From an uncultured Dehalococcoidia bacterium (GTDB lineage: Bacteria > Chloroflexota > Dehalococcoidia > Lucifugimonadales > UBA3495): 64,000 nucleotides of DNA. The stretch spans positions 1 to 64,000 of the forward strand of contig CATMOE010000007.1 of the NCBI GenBank assembly GCA_950072105.1. Reading direction: 5' to 3'. Below the pieces are notes generated by a model. The model was not told where the DNA came from, ran no database searches, and saw nothing but the letters and a program-made list of their open reading frames with translations. Each line of letters opens with the position of its first letter. The stretch's first letter is position 1. Positions 9,050 through 19,758 of this stretch are shown piece by piece. Made by a program: the position numbers and the translations under genes.

Positions 9050-11435
9050 ATGCTGACAAAAAATCCTTTCTCCAAGGTTTTTAGATACATCATAGTCGCG
9101 TCCGTGATTTTGCTGACGCTGGCTGCCGAAGACTGCGGGAAAATACTTACGACGGAGGCGGACCCCGTCCACGGCGGTATCGTCCTCCACGATCCAGACG
9201 ACGGGCCAAGGCCTCAAACCCCCTCTGACCAGGAGATCAACCAGGGCAACGAGGTTAGGATTGAAGCAGTGCCGAACCCAGGTTTCATATTTTCCCATTG
9301 GGAACAGACCAATTTGGAAACGGCGGTCGTCATATTCGCTATGCCAAGCCGAGACATTACACGTACCGCGATCTTCGTTATAGATCCAGCCATTGCGGCG
9401 GGCGATCCGCCAGCGGTGTTCAGAGCCAGTCACGCAGAGGGTGACCAGATCCCGACAGGAACCGTCACATTTAGCGGCACAGCCATGGACGGGGTGGACG
9501 GCCCTCTCACCGGCGACTCTTTAGTCTGGATCTCGGAACGATCCGGCGTTATCGGTAGCGGTGAAACCATCACCAAAGGTATGGGCTGTGGGATCGACAT
9601 CATCACCCTGACCGCCGCGAACAGCGCAGGGTTGATTGGTTCAGCTTCGATCAATGTTACGCTCGGAACCATACCCGAGAATCCTAGCACCGTGTTCCAA
9701 TGCAATAAAAGGCCTGAGTTAACGATCGAAAGCCCGGCAGCGGATGCCGTTTTCCTTACGTCTGACAGCATCACCTTCACAGGTTCGAGTCACGATCTTG
9801 AAGATGGCATCCTCCCGGGCGGCTCCTTGGTGTCGTCTTCGCAGACGGACGGCGATCTTGGAACCGGCGAGACCATCACCGTTTCGTTGAGCCCGGGTAC
9901 CCAGAGAATCAGACTTGACGCTCTAGACAGCCAAGGTTGGAACGCGTTCACTGCTAACCTAACCATTCTCGTCGAACAAGCCGGTAACTTTCCACCGGCG
10001 GCAACCATCACTAGCCCGGCGGAAGGCGGCACGTTCCTGACTTCCGACGTAATCTCGTTAACCGGCACGGGCCTTGATCACGAGGATAATATCCTTACCG
10101 GGACTTCTTTGGTATGGGTGTCTAATCTGGATGGCGACCATGGCGCCGGTGAATCTATCACCGCTTCTCTCAGCGCGTGTAGCCACGTTATCTCCTTTGA
10201 TGTTACTGATAGTGGAGGAGGAACGGTCAGTGAGTTCGTCAACATCACCGTGGAAGCAGCACCCACAGCATTGATCAACGTACCGGCGCAGGACGGGATC
10301 TTCCAGGTCGGCGACAGCATCGCATTCAGCAGGTCTGCCAACGACCCTGAGGACGGCCCCCTAACGAATGGTTCGTTGATTTGGACATCTCACCTGGATG
10401 GCCAGATAGGGACTGGTGAGTCGTTCAGCGTTGTTTCTCTAAGCGCGGGGGGTACACAACATTGCATTGACCGTCACGGACAGCCAGCAGGCTGCGGGAA
10501 GCGCCACTGTCGCTATCACCGTAACCCTCCCCAACGCGCCGCCAACGGCATCCATCTCCACCGAGTCAAGTGAGGAAACATTCTTGACTACGGAAAACAT
10601 CGTCTTCAACGGTTCTGCCAATGATCCCGAAGATGGTACTCTTACGGGTGGCGCATTAATTTGGACGTCCGACGTTGATGGTCAATTGGGTACCGGAGAA
10701 TCCATCACCACGTCTCTCAGCGCGGGGCAACACACCATCTCCTTGACGGCCACAGATAGCCAAGGGGCCTCAGGCGTCGGAACTGCTATCATCACCGTTG
10801 AAGCGCTTAACCTGCCGCCTGAGGCGTCGATCACGAGCCCCGTAGCCGGTCAATCCTTCGAGACGGGCGTCAACATCGCCTTCACCGGAACCGGCACCGA
10901 CCCAGAAGAGGGTTCTCTCACTGGAGCTTCCCTGGTGTGGACCTCGGACTTTGACGGCCAGATCGGAACCCGGCAATCGTTCAGTGCATCTCTGAGTGCG
11001 GGCAGTCACATCGTCACGCTGACGGTCACGGACAGCCGACAGGCTGAGGCGGCCGTATCGATCAGCATCACGGTTGCCGCTCCGGTGCCGACGGCGACGC
11101 CGGCACCCACAGCCACGCCGGTACCCCAGCCGGCACCGTTGCCAGCGCGGGAAGCGGGGCTGGCCCTCAGCCTGTTCACCGGCACCGCAACTCTAAACGG
11201 ATACCTTGTCCCGGATGGAACAGTGGTTACCGCCTGGGTAGCGGACTTCTCAGAGCCGGTGGCGACCGCGGTTGTGGCTGATGGACAGTATGTAGTTTCG
11301 GTGTTCCAATACGGGAAGAAGAGCTTTGCCGGTAAAATCATTACCTTCGAGATTAGCGGGATCAAGGCCCAACAGACCGGTTCATGGGAATCTTTCGGCG
11401 CCGAAGTGCTCAACCTTACCGCCAGTGGGTCTTGA
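9050..11435 (+). pseudogene. Second tandem Ig/PKD-like repeat protein, split by a +1 frameshift in the G6 run (10447-10452)
   Basis: Removing one G gives SAGVHNIALTVTDSQQ, joining ORFs 9050..10573 and 10467..11435 into the repeat consensus. Confidence 0.85.
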
Positions 11436-11660
11436 TCCATGGATTAAAGGTGATAAGTACAACTCCCCTTCACGCCAACTCTCTTCCTTCACCAGGGAGA
11501 GTCAGGATGGAGGTGCGAATCGGTTGCCCAAACCCACTAGGAACCGATGCTAGATTCAGGTCACGGTTCGATCGCCGATCGGCTCCGATATCTGCCCGGA
11601 AAGCTATCACGGTGGGTAAGACGGGATAAAGCCCGCGGTTCCAAACCAGGAGGACCAAGC

Positions 11661-13259
11661 ATGAAATACGACGTAATCATCATCGGCGCCGGGTCCGCCG
11701 GAGCAATTCTGGCGAGCCGGCTCTCGGAAGATTCCCAGCGGTCCGTTTTGCTCTTGGAAGCGGGGCCTGACTATCCCGACTTCGAACATCTGCCCGACGA
11801 CGTTAAGTACGGTTACGATACCGGCATCGGGATCCCTCCGATGCGTACCCCTGGTGGCCATCCGGTGGCGTTGGCGTCCAGCATTCACAGTTGGCAGTAT
11901 GTGGCCAGGGCAACCGGCCTTGCGCCGGAGATGGCCGTGCCCCGGGGCAAAATCACCGGCGGCTCCAGCGCTATAAACTCCTCGGGGTTCTACCGGGGTA
12001 TCCCTGATGATTTCCAAGCCTGGTCGGACATGGGCAACGATGAGTGGGGCTTCGACCAAGTGCTCCCCTACTTCCGCCGCCTGGAAACCGACGTTGACCG
12101 CCACGACGAACACCACGGCAGCGACGGTCCCATATTCGTGCACCATTCGGACCGCAGCCAGTGGCACAGCACCCAGACGGCCTTCTACGACGCCTGCGTG
12201 GACGCCGGGTATCCGGAAACCCAGGATCTTAACGAACCGGGTTCCGAGGGGGTCGGACCGTCTATCACCAACAACCACAACCGTGTCCGCTTCAGCACCT
12301 CCCTAGGGTACCTGAGCCAAGGACGGCATCGGCTGAACCTCACCATTCGGGCTAACTGCGCCGCCCGGCGGCTTCTGTTTGACGGGCAGCGGGTCACGGG
12401 CGTTGAGGTAGAGAGCGGCGACGATACCTTTACCGTGGAAGGAGACCAGGTCATTCTTAGCGCCGGGGCCGTCGGCTCTCCCCAGCTTCTGATGTTGTCG
12501 GGAGTTGGTCCGGCGGAGCACCTGGCCAGCCTGGGGATCCCGGTAGTCTTGGACCTGCCCGGCGTAGGCCAAAACCTTAGAGACCATCCCAAACTGTACG
12601 TGACCTGGCGGGTCAAGGAAGGGTGTCCCGTGGAAGAACGACCGGCCCGGGGCGGGGTGGCCTTTCGCTTCACCGCCACTGGGTCCCATCTGCGAAGCGA
12701 CCTGGGTATCAGCATGGGGGCATTCGTTACCCCCAGGCTAAAGCCGTCGGAGCATGCGGCTTCCAGAGACGGCAGCGACTTGTCCGATCGGCGGGTCGAG
12801 ATGATGGTGGGGCTGCTCCTGCCGGTAAGTTCAGGGGAACTCACGCTCATGTCCACCGACCCCACCATTCAGCCCTACCTCAACTACAACTACCTCGCCG
12901 AACCCTTTGACCGTGAAAGAATGCGGGAGGCGGTCAGGCTGTGCCTCACATTGGCCGAAAACCCGCGGCTGGCGGACGTGATCGGTGAGCGGATGGAGCC
13001 AACGGATACCGACCTGGCGTCGGACGATGCCTTGGACCGGTGGATGATGCGGGAGGCCCACACCTATTCCCACATCTCCTGTACCTGCAAGATGGGACCG
13101 GTCACCGACTCCATGGCAGTTACCAGCCAATTCGGAAAGGTTCACGGTATGGAAGGTCTGCGTATCGTCGACGCGTCGATCATGCCCGACTTGGTGCGCG
13201 CGCCCATTAACCCCACGGTCTTGATGATTGGGGAGCGGATCGCCGACATGATCAGCTAG
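11661..13259 (+). CDS. GMC family oxidoreductase (choline dehydrogenase/MftG-like)
   Basis: AGGAGG RBS then MKYDVIIIGAGSAG; RGKITGGSSAIN, VGQNLRDH, HISCTCKMG and LRIVDASIMP motifs. Confidence 0.92.
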   Translation: MKYDVIIIGAGSAGAILASRLSEDSQRSVLLLEAGPDYPDFEHLPDDVKYGYDTGIGIPPMRTPGGHPVALASSIHSWQYVARATGLAPEMAVPRGKITGGSSAINSSGFYRGIPDDFQAWSDMGNDEWGFDQVLPYFRRLETDVDRHDEHHGSDGPIFVHHSDRSQWHSTQTAFYDACVDAGYPETQDLNEPGSEGVGPSITNNHNRVRFSTSLGYLSQGRHRLNLTIRANCAARRLLFDGQRVTGVEVESGDDTFTVEGDQVILSAGAVGSPQLLMLSGVGPAEHLASLGIPVVLDLPGVGQNLRDHPKLYVTWRVKEGCPVEERPARGGVAFRFTATGSHLRSDLGISMGAFVTPRLKPSEHAASRDGSDLSDRRVEMMVGLLLPVSSGELTLMSTDPTIQPYLNYNYLAEPFDRERMREAVRLCLTLAENPRLADVIGERMEPTDTDLASDDALDRWMMREAHTYSHISCTCKMGPVTDSMAVTSQFGKVHGMEGLRIVDASIMPDLVRAPINPTVLMIGERIADMIS

Positions 13260-13282
13260 TATTCAGCAGCCTTTTCTGGATC

Positions 13283-13383
13283 AATGTCATTCCGATCCTT
13301 CGGTGGAAGGAGAGGAATCTCATGCGCGCTCGACCAGCCAACCTGAGGTTCCTCGCACGCCTTCGGCGGTTCGGAATGACATT
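13283..13383. repeat. REP-like composite palindrome, family D (TGTCATTCCGA...TCGGAATGACA)
   Basis: Terminal inverted repeat seen directly; left arm is a near-exact reverse complement of 42445-42484 and similar to 54450-54485. Confidence 0.8.
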
Positions 13384-13494
13384 TTTTATTTTAGGGATGA
13401 CTAGGTACTAGAGGCCGATTCTCTTAGACTAATGGGTAGGAAGCCTGGTATTATGGGGCGACTCCACCGGAAGCGGTGATGACAGGAGAGAGTA

Positions 13495-13893
13495 ATGTCA
13501 GTATTGGGCGATGACAAAGTTAGGCTTAAGAATATCAACCACATAACATACAACGTAAAAGATAAAGACGCTGCGTTGAAGTGGTACCAGGAGATACTTG
13601 GGTTGAAGCAGATCCCCAAGATGGTGAACAGCGACCATCTGTACTGGCTCCAACTGCCCAGCGGGGCGATGGTACACATCATCGAAAACGCAGACGCTCC
13701 ATCGGCGCCGTCCCACCACACAGCGTTTGAGGTCGATGATCTCGACGCGGCCCGCGACGCGGTCATGGGAGCGGGCGTGGATGTTACCGAGATTCAGACC
13801 CGGAACGACGGCCAGAGGGCCTGCTACCTCAACGACCCCGACGGCAACCGTATCGAGCTATGCACGGTATCCGGGTTCGGGGTATTGGTCTAG
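13495..13893 (+). CDS. VOC/glyoxalase family protein
   Basis: INHITYNV, HHTAFEV and YLNDPDGNRIEL motifs. Confidence 0.92.
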   Translation: MSVLGDDKVRLKNINHITYNVKDKDAALKWYQEILGLKQIPKMVNSDHLYWLQLPSGAMVHIIENADAPSAPSHHTAFEVDDLDAARDAVMGAGVDVTEIQTRNDGQRACYLNDPDGNRIELCTVSGFGVLV

Positions 13894-13908
13894 CGACTGT
13901 GCCATGTG

Positions 13909-13952
13909 GAAATCCCCTCTTGCCCTTTAATAAACGGGGCAAGGGGGGATTT
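13909..13952. repeat. Family A-related hairpin between convergent genes (possible terminator)
   Basis: AAATCCCCTCTTGCCC...GGGCAAGGGGGGATTT inverted repeat. Confidence 0.6.
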
Positions 13953-13994
13953 GGTTCCATCTCGGTAAATCAACGTTAGTTAATCTGGACGCCC

Positions 13995-15077
13995 TCAGGC
14001 GGCGGCCAGCCTCTTCACCACCGCCTCGTCAAACTCCGCGCCTAGGCCGGGGCCGTCGGGTACCTGAAGGTAGCCGTCTATGACTTGCAACGGTTCTTTC
14101 AAGATGGGCCACTCGTCTCGGATGCTTAGAGGCTCGATGTTGTATTCCTGGGCGTAGGGGATGTTGGCGTAGGCGGCGCAGACGTGCAGGTGGGCCACGG
14201 TGCTGATGGTGGGTTGGGTGTTGTGTACGGTGATGGGTTTGCTGAAAGCCGACGCCAGGGCGGCGATCTTCTGGAACTCGGTGAACCCAGGCACCTTCAC
14301 GATGTCGGGCTGCAGGATGTCCACACGGCCCTGCAAGATCAGGTCCCGGTACTGCCAGTGGGTGTAAATCATCTCTCCCGAGGCGATGGGTATGTCCAGT
14401 GTGTCGGCTATCGTGGCCAGTCCCGGCAGGTCGTAGTGGGGCCTGGGCTCCTCGAAGTGGAAGACCCCCAAGTCCTCCAGGGCCTTGCCGATCTCCAGAG
14501 CATGGTGGGTGGTAAAAGCTCCGTTGACGTCCACCAGTATCTCGATGTCGTCGCCAACCGCGGCCCGGACCGCCCGCACCGTTTCGATGGTCTGGTCGGC
14601 GGGGTCGTCCATCTCCCCCGGCACCGCGCTGTGCAATTTGTACGCCGTATAGCCCTGCTCCACGAAGGACGCGGCGCGCCGGGCCTCTTCGCTGGGAGAC
14701 ATATCCCGGCGTAGGGAGCTGGCGTACATCCTGATTTTATCTTTAAGTTTGCCGCCCAACAGCTTGTGGATTGGCATCCCCAGGGCTTTACCCTTGATGT
14801 CCCATAGGGCGATGTCCAGACCAGCGATGGCGCAGTAGATTGCGCCTCCCATGTCTGATGCTGAGCCAGCGCGGTACATGTCCCGCCAACGGAGCTCGTT
14901 GTCCAATGGGTCTTTAGCAACCAGCGCCGGGCCCAACGTGTACTCGATCAACGTCTTAATAACCTGAGGCTGGCGGCGGAAACACTCGCCGATTCCGGTG
15001 ATCCCCTCGTCGGTATATACCCTGACGAAGGGATTGACTCGGTCCAGTATCAGGCATTCCACACTGGTGATTTTCAT
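13995..15077 (-). CDS. Mandelate racemase/muconate lactonizing enzyme (enolase superfamily)
   Basis: AIAGLDIALWDIKGK; metal ligands in DVN, FEEP and GEM; QPD motif. Confidence 0.93.
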   Translation of the reverse strand: MKITSVECLILDRVNPFVRVYTDEGITGIGECFRRQPQVIKTLIEYTLGPALVAKDPLDNELRWRDMYRAGSASDMGGAIYCAIAGLDIALWDIKGKALGMPIHKLLGGKLKDKIRMYASSLRRDMSPSEEARRAASFVEQGYTAYKLHSAVPGEMDDPADQTIETVRAVRAAVGDDIEILVDVNGAFTTHHALEIGKALEDLGVFHFEEPRPHYDLPGLATIADTLDIPIASGEMIYTHWQYRDLILQGRVDILQPDIVKVPGFTEFQKIAALASAFSKPITVHNTQPTISTVAHLHVCAAYANIPYAQEYNIEPLSIRDEWPILKEPLQVIDGYLQVPDGPGLGAEFDEAVVKRLAAA

Positions 15078-15305
15078 TCGTACGCTCCTGTCTAACTAAA
15101 CACCTAGGATTGGCGGACATCTGTCACATCTTACTCGATTGGCTGAATGACGTGGCAGATATCTGTACGCCTCGGTGATATCAGATTCGATTAGACGAAG
15201 TTAATCGTCGGAGATTAATTTGTTCTTAACCGGTTGCCGGCCATAATTGACACTATGGCTTCGTTTATTCTAAATTTGGGCAACTCTTGATTTAAGGGGA
15301 AAAGT

Positions 15306-15659
15306 ATGGGTTGGTATCTAGCAGCTCTCAAGAAGTACGCCGTATTTAGCGGACGAGCGGGGCGCCAAGAATTTTGGATGTTCATTCTCATCAACTTTGT
15401 CGTGTCGATAGTGATTAATGTCGTCGAGGGTGCCGCGGGCAGTCCCGGTATAATTGGAGGGCTCTACACTCTCTGAATCTTACTCCCGGCTATTGGTGTA
15501 GCGATTCGCAGACTGCACGACACCGGCCGCAGCGCGTGGTGGCTGCTGATGGGGCTGATTCCAATTCTCGGCGCGATAGCTTTAATCGTGTTTTATGCGA
15601 CAGGCAGTGAACCGCGAGAAAATCGATATGGCCCCGAGGCCGCGATATCAATCGATTAG
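15306..15659 (+). pseudogene. DUF805 (YhaH-like) membrane protein with in-frame TGA at 15474-15476 (absent from the ORF track)
   Basis: MGWYLAALKKYAVFSGRAGRQEFW...GLYTL*ILLPAIGVAIRRLHDTGRSAWW...NRYGP. Confidence 0.88.
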
Positions 15660-17029
15660 GATAAATTCGGCTCCGGAGGCAGCGAGACCGGAAAGGGCAC
15701 GTTAGGGTATTGCTTCAGGAGCCGCCGCCACACGTCGTGGCCTACTTGCTCCGCCCGCTGGACGATGTCGTCTTCGTCGATGGTCAACACCTTACCGTCA
15801 CGCATCAGCCAGTGCCCGTCAACCATGACCGACTGAACGTCGGATGCTTGGCCGTTGTGGACGAAGCCTGAGACTATACGCAGCGTGGGCACTAGGTGAG
15901 GACGCATCATGTTGATCATGAATAGGTCGGCCTTCTTCCCTACCTCCAGGCTGCCCGTCTCCTGACCCAACCCTAAGATCTGGGCCCCGCCACGGCTGGC
16001 CCACTCCAGCACCTCCTCGGGCTGGGGGTCCATCTGGTCGTTGCGGCGAACCCGTTCCAGGAACAGGCCGGCTCGCATAACCTCCACCATGTCCTCGGCC
16101 ATGTTGTCCGTGCCCATGCCCATGCCGCATCCCGCCGCCAGAAGCTCCTTGACCGGCGCGGCCGCCCCCCGCCGAGCGGCGATGGCGGCGTTGTTGGACA
16201 CGCCACACCCCGCTTGACCCAACAAGGCCACCTCCGCTGAATTCACGTAGCGGCAGTGGGCCAGCACCAACCGTGGACCGAGGAAGTCGTTGGCGAAGAG
16301 ATAGTGGGTCGGAGGAACTCCCCTGGCCCGCATCACCGACTCGATCTCGTTGGGGCTCTGGGAGAGGTGAATGGTATAGCCTACGTCGTAGCTCTCCGCC
16401 ATCTCCCGGCTCCGTCGAAGCAGGTCCGGCGACACCGTCTCGGGCGCATGGGGGGCGACGAAACAAGAGATTCGGCCATCGCCTTTCCCGTGCCAGCCAT
16501 CGATCAGGTCGGCGCATCTTTGCAGGCCCTGGTCCATGCGGGCCGACGATGAGCCTGACGGCCCGGCTGACTCATCCACGTCGTTCACGCTGTCCGCCAA
16601 CACCATCCGCATCCCCGTTTTTTCCAGGTGCTCCGCATAGTCCGCGACTTCAGCTTGGACCTCCAGCAAACAGGTGGTCCCGCTGCGGATGGCTTCCAGC
16701 ACGCCCAACGTCGCCATCACCTGACGCTCCTCTTGGGACAACATGGACCGGGCCGATGCCGGAAATTTCAGTGTGGTTGGGAACCCAAGATCTTCCAAGA
16801 TACCCCGGTCGTTGGTGGCCAGGAGGTGGGTGTGGCAGTTGACCAATCCTGGGAAGACCGCCTTCCCCGAGCCTTCTATCTGCTCGGCGGCGGGATGGGC
16901 CGCCGTTACCTCCGGTGTAGGACCGATCGCCACGATTCTGTCGCCGTCGATGGCGATGGCGGAATCGTAAAGCACGGTCCTGCCGTTGTTCCCGGTCACG
17001 ATGGTCGCGTTCTTGATGATGGTGGTCAT
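15656..17029 (-). CDS. Amidohydrolase (SsnA/MtaD-like deaminase fold)
   Basis: PGLVNCHTH, APHAP, IHLSQS, LAHC, GTDN and GSLEVGKKADL motifs. Confidence 0.9.
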   Translation of the reverse strand: MTTIIKNATIVTGNNGRTVLYDSAIAIDGDRIVAIGPTPEVTAAHPAAEQIEGSGKAVFPGLVNCHTHLLATNDRGILEDLGFPTTLKFPASARSMLSQEERQVMATLGVLEAIRSGTTCLLEVQAEVADYAEHLEKTGMRMVLADSVNDVDESAGPSGSSSARMDQGLQRCADLIDGWHGKGDGRISCFVAPHAPETVSPDLLRRSREMAESYDVGYTIHLSQSPNEIESVMRARGVPPTHYLFANDFLGPRLVLAHCRYVNSAEVALLGQAGCGVSNNAAIAARRGAAAPVKELLAAGCGMGMGTDNMAEDMVEVMRAGLFLERVRRNDQMDPQPEEVLEWASRGGAQILGLGQETGSLEVGKKADLFMINMMRPHLVPTLRIVSGFVHNGQASDVQSVMVDGHWLMRDGKVLTIDEDDIVQRAEQVGHDVWRRLLKQYPNVPFPVSLPPEPNLS

Positions 17030-17189
17030 GTTGTCTTTGCTCCTAGCAGGCGATTGTCAGCAGCATAATACCACCGTGCCGCCCACCGGAGGGGCTAAGG
17101 ATCCGGTTGTTTTCCCGGCGAGCAAGGGTACAATGTGCTGGTTGAACGGGGTGGGATTACGCCGCAAAATTCCGAATAGGAGAAAAATC

Positions 17190-17660
17190 ATGCCGGAAGT
17201 AGAAAAGAAGCTAAACGACTTGGGATACCAGCTACCTCCGCCCAGGACCACGATGGCGGGAAACTTCGTGTCGGCGGTGCGCACCGGCAACCTCGTTTAC
17301 TTGTCGGGGCACGGGCCGTCATTGCCCGAAGGGGGATTTTCCCACACGGGTAAGTTGGGGGGAAACCTGACCGTCGACGATGGCTACGCCGCTGCCCGCC
17401 AAACCATGTTGAACCTGCTCACTTCGCTCAAGAACGAGATTGGCGACTTGGACAAGATGAAACGGGTGATCAAACTGCTCTGCATGGTGAACGCCGAAGC
17501 CGATTTCCGTGAGTCCCCAGCGGTAGCCAACGGGGGTTCGGACCTATTGGTCAGCATCTACGGCGACGCAGGCCGCCACGCCAGGTCAGCGGTGGGCATG
17601 GCAATGCTGCCCGGCCAGATGGCCGTAGAGATAGAGATGATTGTTGAGGTTGAGGACTAG
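17190..17660 (+). CDS. RidA/YjgF family protein (Arg-containing)
   Basis: AGGAG RBS then MPEVEKKL; YLSGHGP, HARSAVG and VEIE motifs. Confidence 0.9.
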   Translation: MPEVEKKLNDLGYQLPPPRTTMAGNFVSAVRTGNLVYLSGHGPSLPEGGFSHTGKLGGNLTVDDGYAAARQTMLNLLTSLKNEIGDLDKMKRVIKLLCMVNAEADFRESPAVANGGSDLLVSIYGDAGRHARSAVGMAMLPGQMAVEIEMIVEVED

Positions 17661-17667
17661 TTTCAGT

Positions 17668-19086
17668 TCAACTGATATCCGGCCGGTGGTGCTCCCAAGG
17701 TCTGGCTTGTTCGAAGGCGGCGGAGGCGCGCAAGACCGTCGCTTCGTCTCCCCTCTTGCCGATGATGTGTAGGCCGATGGGCAGCCCCTCGCTGGAGAAG
17801 CCGCAGGGAACGCTGGCGGCGGGCTGTCCCGATAGGTTGAAGGGCCGGGTCATGGGTGAATAAGATGACCTGGGCGGTACGTCCTTGCCATCGATACTGT
17901 CCGGGGGCTGGCCGATGGGGAAGGGAGGCACGGCCATCGTTGGCGTGAGCAGCAGGTCGTAGTTGTCCATCAAGTCGTCTATCTTAGCCTTCATCTTGTC
18001 CACGGACCTTATCGCACGGGCGTAATCGGCCGCGGTTGCTTGGCTGCCGTGTTCGAAGCAGAACCGGGCGTTGTCGCTTAGCTTATCAGGGCACTCTTCC
18101 ATCAGATGACCGTAGGACGTGTAGTTGCCCGTATAGAAGATCGTCAGGAATGCCGGAATCGGGTTATCCAACGCGAATTCCGGATCGTCCACCGTGCAGC
18201 CCAGTTCTTCGAAGACACGGGCTGCCGTTGACGTGATGGCAGCAACCTCCGGGTCGATGGTGGCATAACCCATGCCGGTGCTCCAGGCTATCCGGAGTCC
18301 CCGCACGCCGTTATCCAGTCCGGCTAGAAAGTCGGGCACCGAATCTCGCATCGACCCAGGGTCTCTGGAGTCGTGCCCGGCCAGCACTTTCAGAAGAATC
18401 GCGGCATCCCGAACGTTACGGGCCATGGGCCCCGACTGGGACGTAAGGTTGGGAGCGGGACGGCCCAGGCCGCCAGCTCGAGGGACCCGGCCCAAGGTAG
18501 GTTTGATGCCGTAGATCCCGTTGAAGCTGCTGGGGTTTCGGATGGAGCCGCCGCCGTCGGTGCCGGTGGCAAAGGGACACATTCCGGCGGCCACCGCCGC
18601 TCCCGCTCCCCCGCTGGAACCACCGGCGGTGCGCTCAGTGTTCCACGGGTTTCGGCACGGGTCGCCCAGCCGGTTCTCCGTGGTGCCCTGCAGTCCGAAC
18701 TCGGGGGTGTTGGTCTTACCCAGAAGTACGGCCCCACTGGCTTTGACGCGCTCGGCCACCACTGAGTCAATCTCCGGTATCGTGTCCTGGTACGCCAGAG
18801 ACCCCATGGTGCTGCGTATCCCCTTGGTGGCCTCCAGGTCTTTTAGGGAGATGGGAATACCCAATAGCGGCCCATTTCCCTGACCCTGCCCAATCTTTTC
18901 GTCGGCGGCCTTGGCTGCGGCCAAGGCTTCGTCGCCCGTGACCGTGAGATAGGCGTTGAGCTTGGGATTCAGCTGTTCGATACGGCGCAGGAACATCTCG
19001 GTCAACTCCGTTGAGGAGACGCGGCGGGTGTCCAAGAGTTCTCGAAGTTGCCAGACTGGTGTGTAAAGTAGGTCGGTGTCTTGCAT
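17668..19086 (-). CDS. Amidase signature family enzyme
   Basis: PISLKDL, GKTNTPEFG, GGSSGG and GTDGGGSIR motifs. Confidence 0.95.
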   Translation of the reverse strand: MQDTDLLYTPVWQLRELLDTRRVSSTELTEMFLRRIEQLNPKLNAYLTVTGDEALAAAKAADEKIGQGQGNGPLLGIPISLKDLEATKGIRSTMGSLAYQDTIPEIDSVVAERVKASGAVLLGKTNTPEFGLQGTTENRLGDPCRNPWNTERTAGGSSGGAGAAVAAGMCPFATGTDGGGSIRNPSSFNGIYGIKPTLGRVPRAGGLGRPAPNLTSQSGPMARNVRDAAILLKVLAGHDSRDPGSMRDSVPDFLAGLDNGVRGLRIAWSTGMGYATIDPEVAAITSTAARVFEELGCTVDDPEFALDNPIPAFLTIFYTGNYTSYGHLMEECPDKLSDNARFCFEHGSQATAADYARAIRSVDKMKAKIDDLMDNYDLLLTPTMAVPPFPIGQPPDSIDGKDVPPRSSYSPMTRPFNLSGQPAASVPCGFSSEGLPIGLHIIGKRGDEATVLRASAAFEQARPWEHHRPDIS

Positions 19087-19115
19087 GATTCTTCTCGATA
19101 ATTAATTTGGCGGGG

Positions 19116-19144
19116 GAAATCCCCCTTTTCGAAAGGGGGACTTT
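19116..19144. repeat. REP-like palindrome, family A
   Basis: GAAATCCCCCTTTTCGAAAGGGGGACTTT. Confidence 0.7.
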
Positions 19145-19208
19145 TTGGTTTGTTGACGCCGGCAATCGGGGGAAGCCGATTATAGGCGGATTAGCCCAGT
19201 AATGCACA

Positions 19209-19685
19209 TTAGCCTTCCGGAGGCGGCAGAATCTCTATGTCATGGCGGTTGGCCGAATCAATCATGCGCTGGATGAATGCGTCGGTTAACGGTTCAAGGG
19301 GCGCATGCCGGTCCGTGGTTTCTTTGAACGACTCTCTAAAGAACTCTTCTATGTCTCCTGCCGGAACAAATGTAAAGACCATCTTGGTCGTGGTCCGTGA
19401 TCGATTTTTGAAACAATGGGGGGTGTTCTTGGAGACATGCACAAAGTCGCCGGCCTTGGCCTCATACACTTAGCCGCCCACCGTTATCTCCATCTCCCCT
19501 TCAAGGATAAAGAAAGTCTCGATCTGGTCATGGTGGATATGAAGGGGCGGGCCTCCATCAGGTGGCACCAACGCCTCTAACGCGATGTAATCCCCATCGG
19601 TCTCTTCTGAACTCGCGAGAATAGTGTATACGTCGCCGGGTCCCATTAGAATCGTCCCTGTGTCTGTGGCTCTGAAAAATGACAA
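19209..19685 (-). pseudogene. Cupin-domain protein with in-frame TAA at 19470-19472
   Basis: PPLHIHHDQIETFFILEG...TVGG*VYEAKAGDFVHVSKNTPH: both cupin motifs lie in one frame across the stop. Confidence 0.87.
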
Positions 19686-19702
19686 GATGCTTACTCCTAA
19701 CT

Positions 19703-19755
19703 CAAACTCCTATCGTAGGGGCGGGTTTCAAATCCGCCCCTACGATAGGAGTTTG
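19703..19755. repeat. GTAG-type REP inside a perfect 22-bp inverted repeat (family B)
   Basis: CAAACTCCTATCGTAGGGGCGG / CCGCCCCTACGATAGGAGTTTG; core matches 27171-27199. Confidence 0.82.
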
Positions 19756-19758
19756 TGG

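Noticed and set aside
7130..11080. CRISPR array or DGR template/variable repeats
   Set aside because: The repeats are degenerate ~270-nt protein-domain repeats within reading frames; no spacers, cas genes or reverse transcriptase
11661..13259. Mycofactocin biosynthesis locus
   Set aside because: Only an MftG-like GMC enzyme is present; no mftA-F genes are in the window
17668..19086. gatA
   Set aside because: No gatB or gatC nearby and a second amidase paralogue is in the window, so it is called only as an amidase-family enzyme
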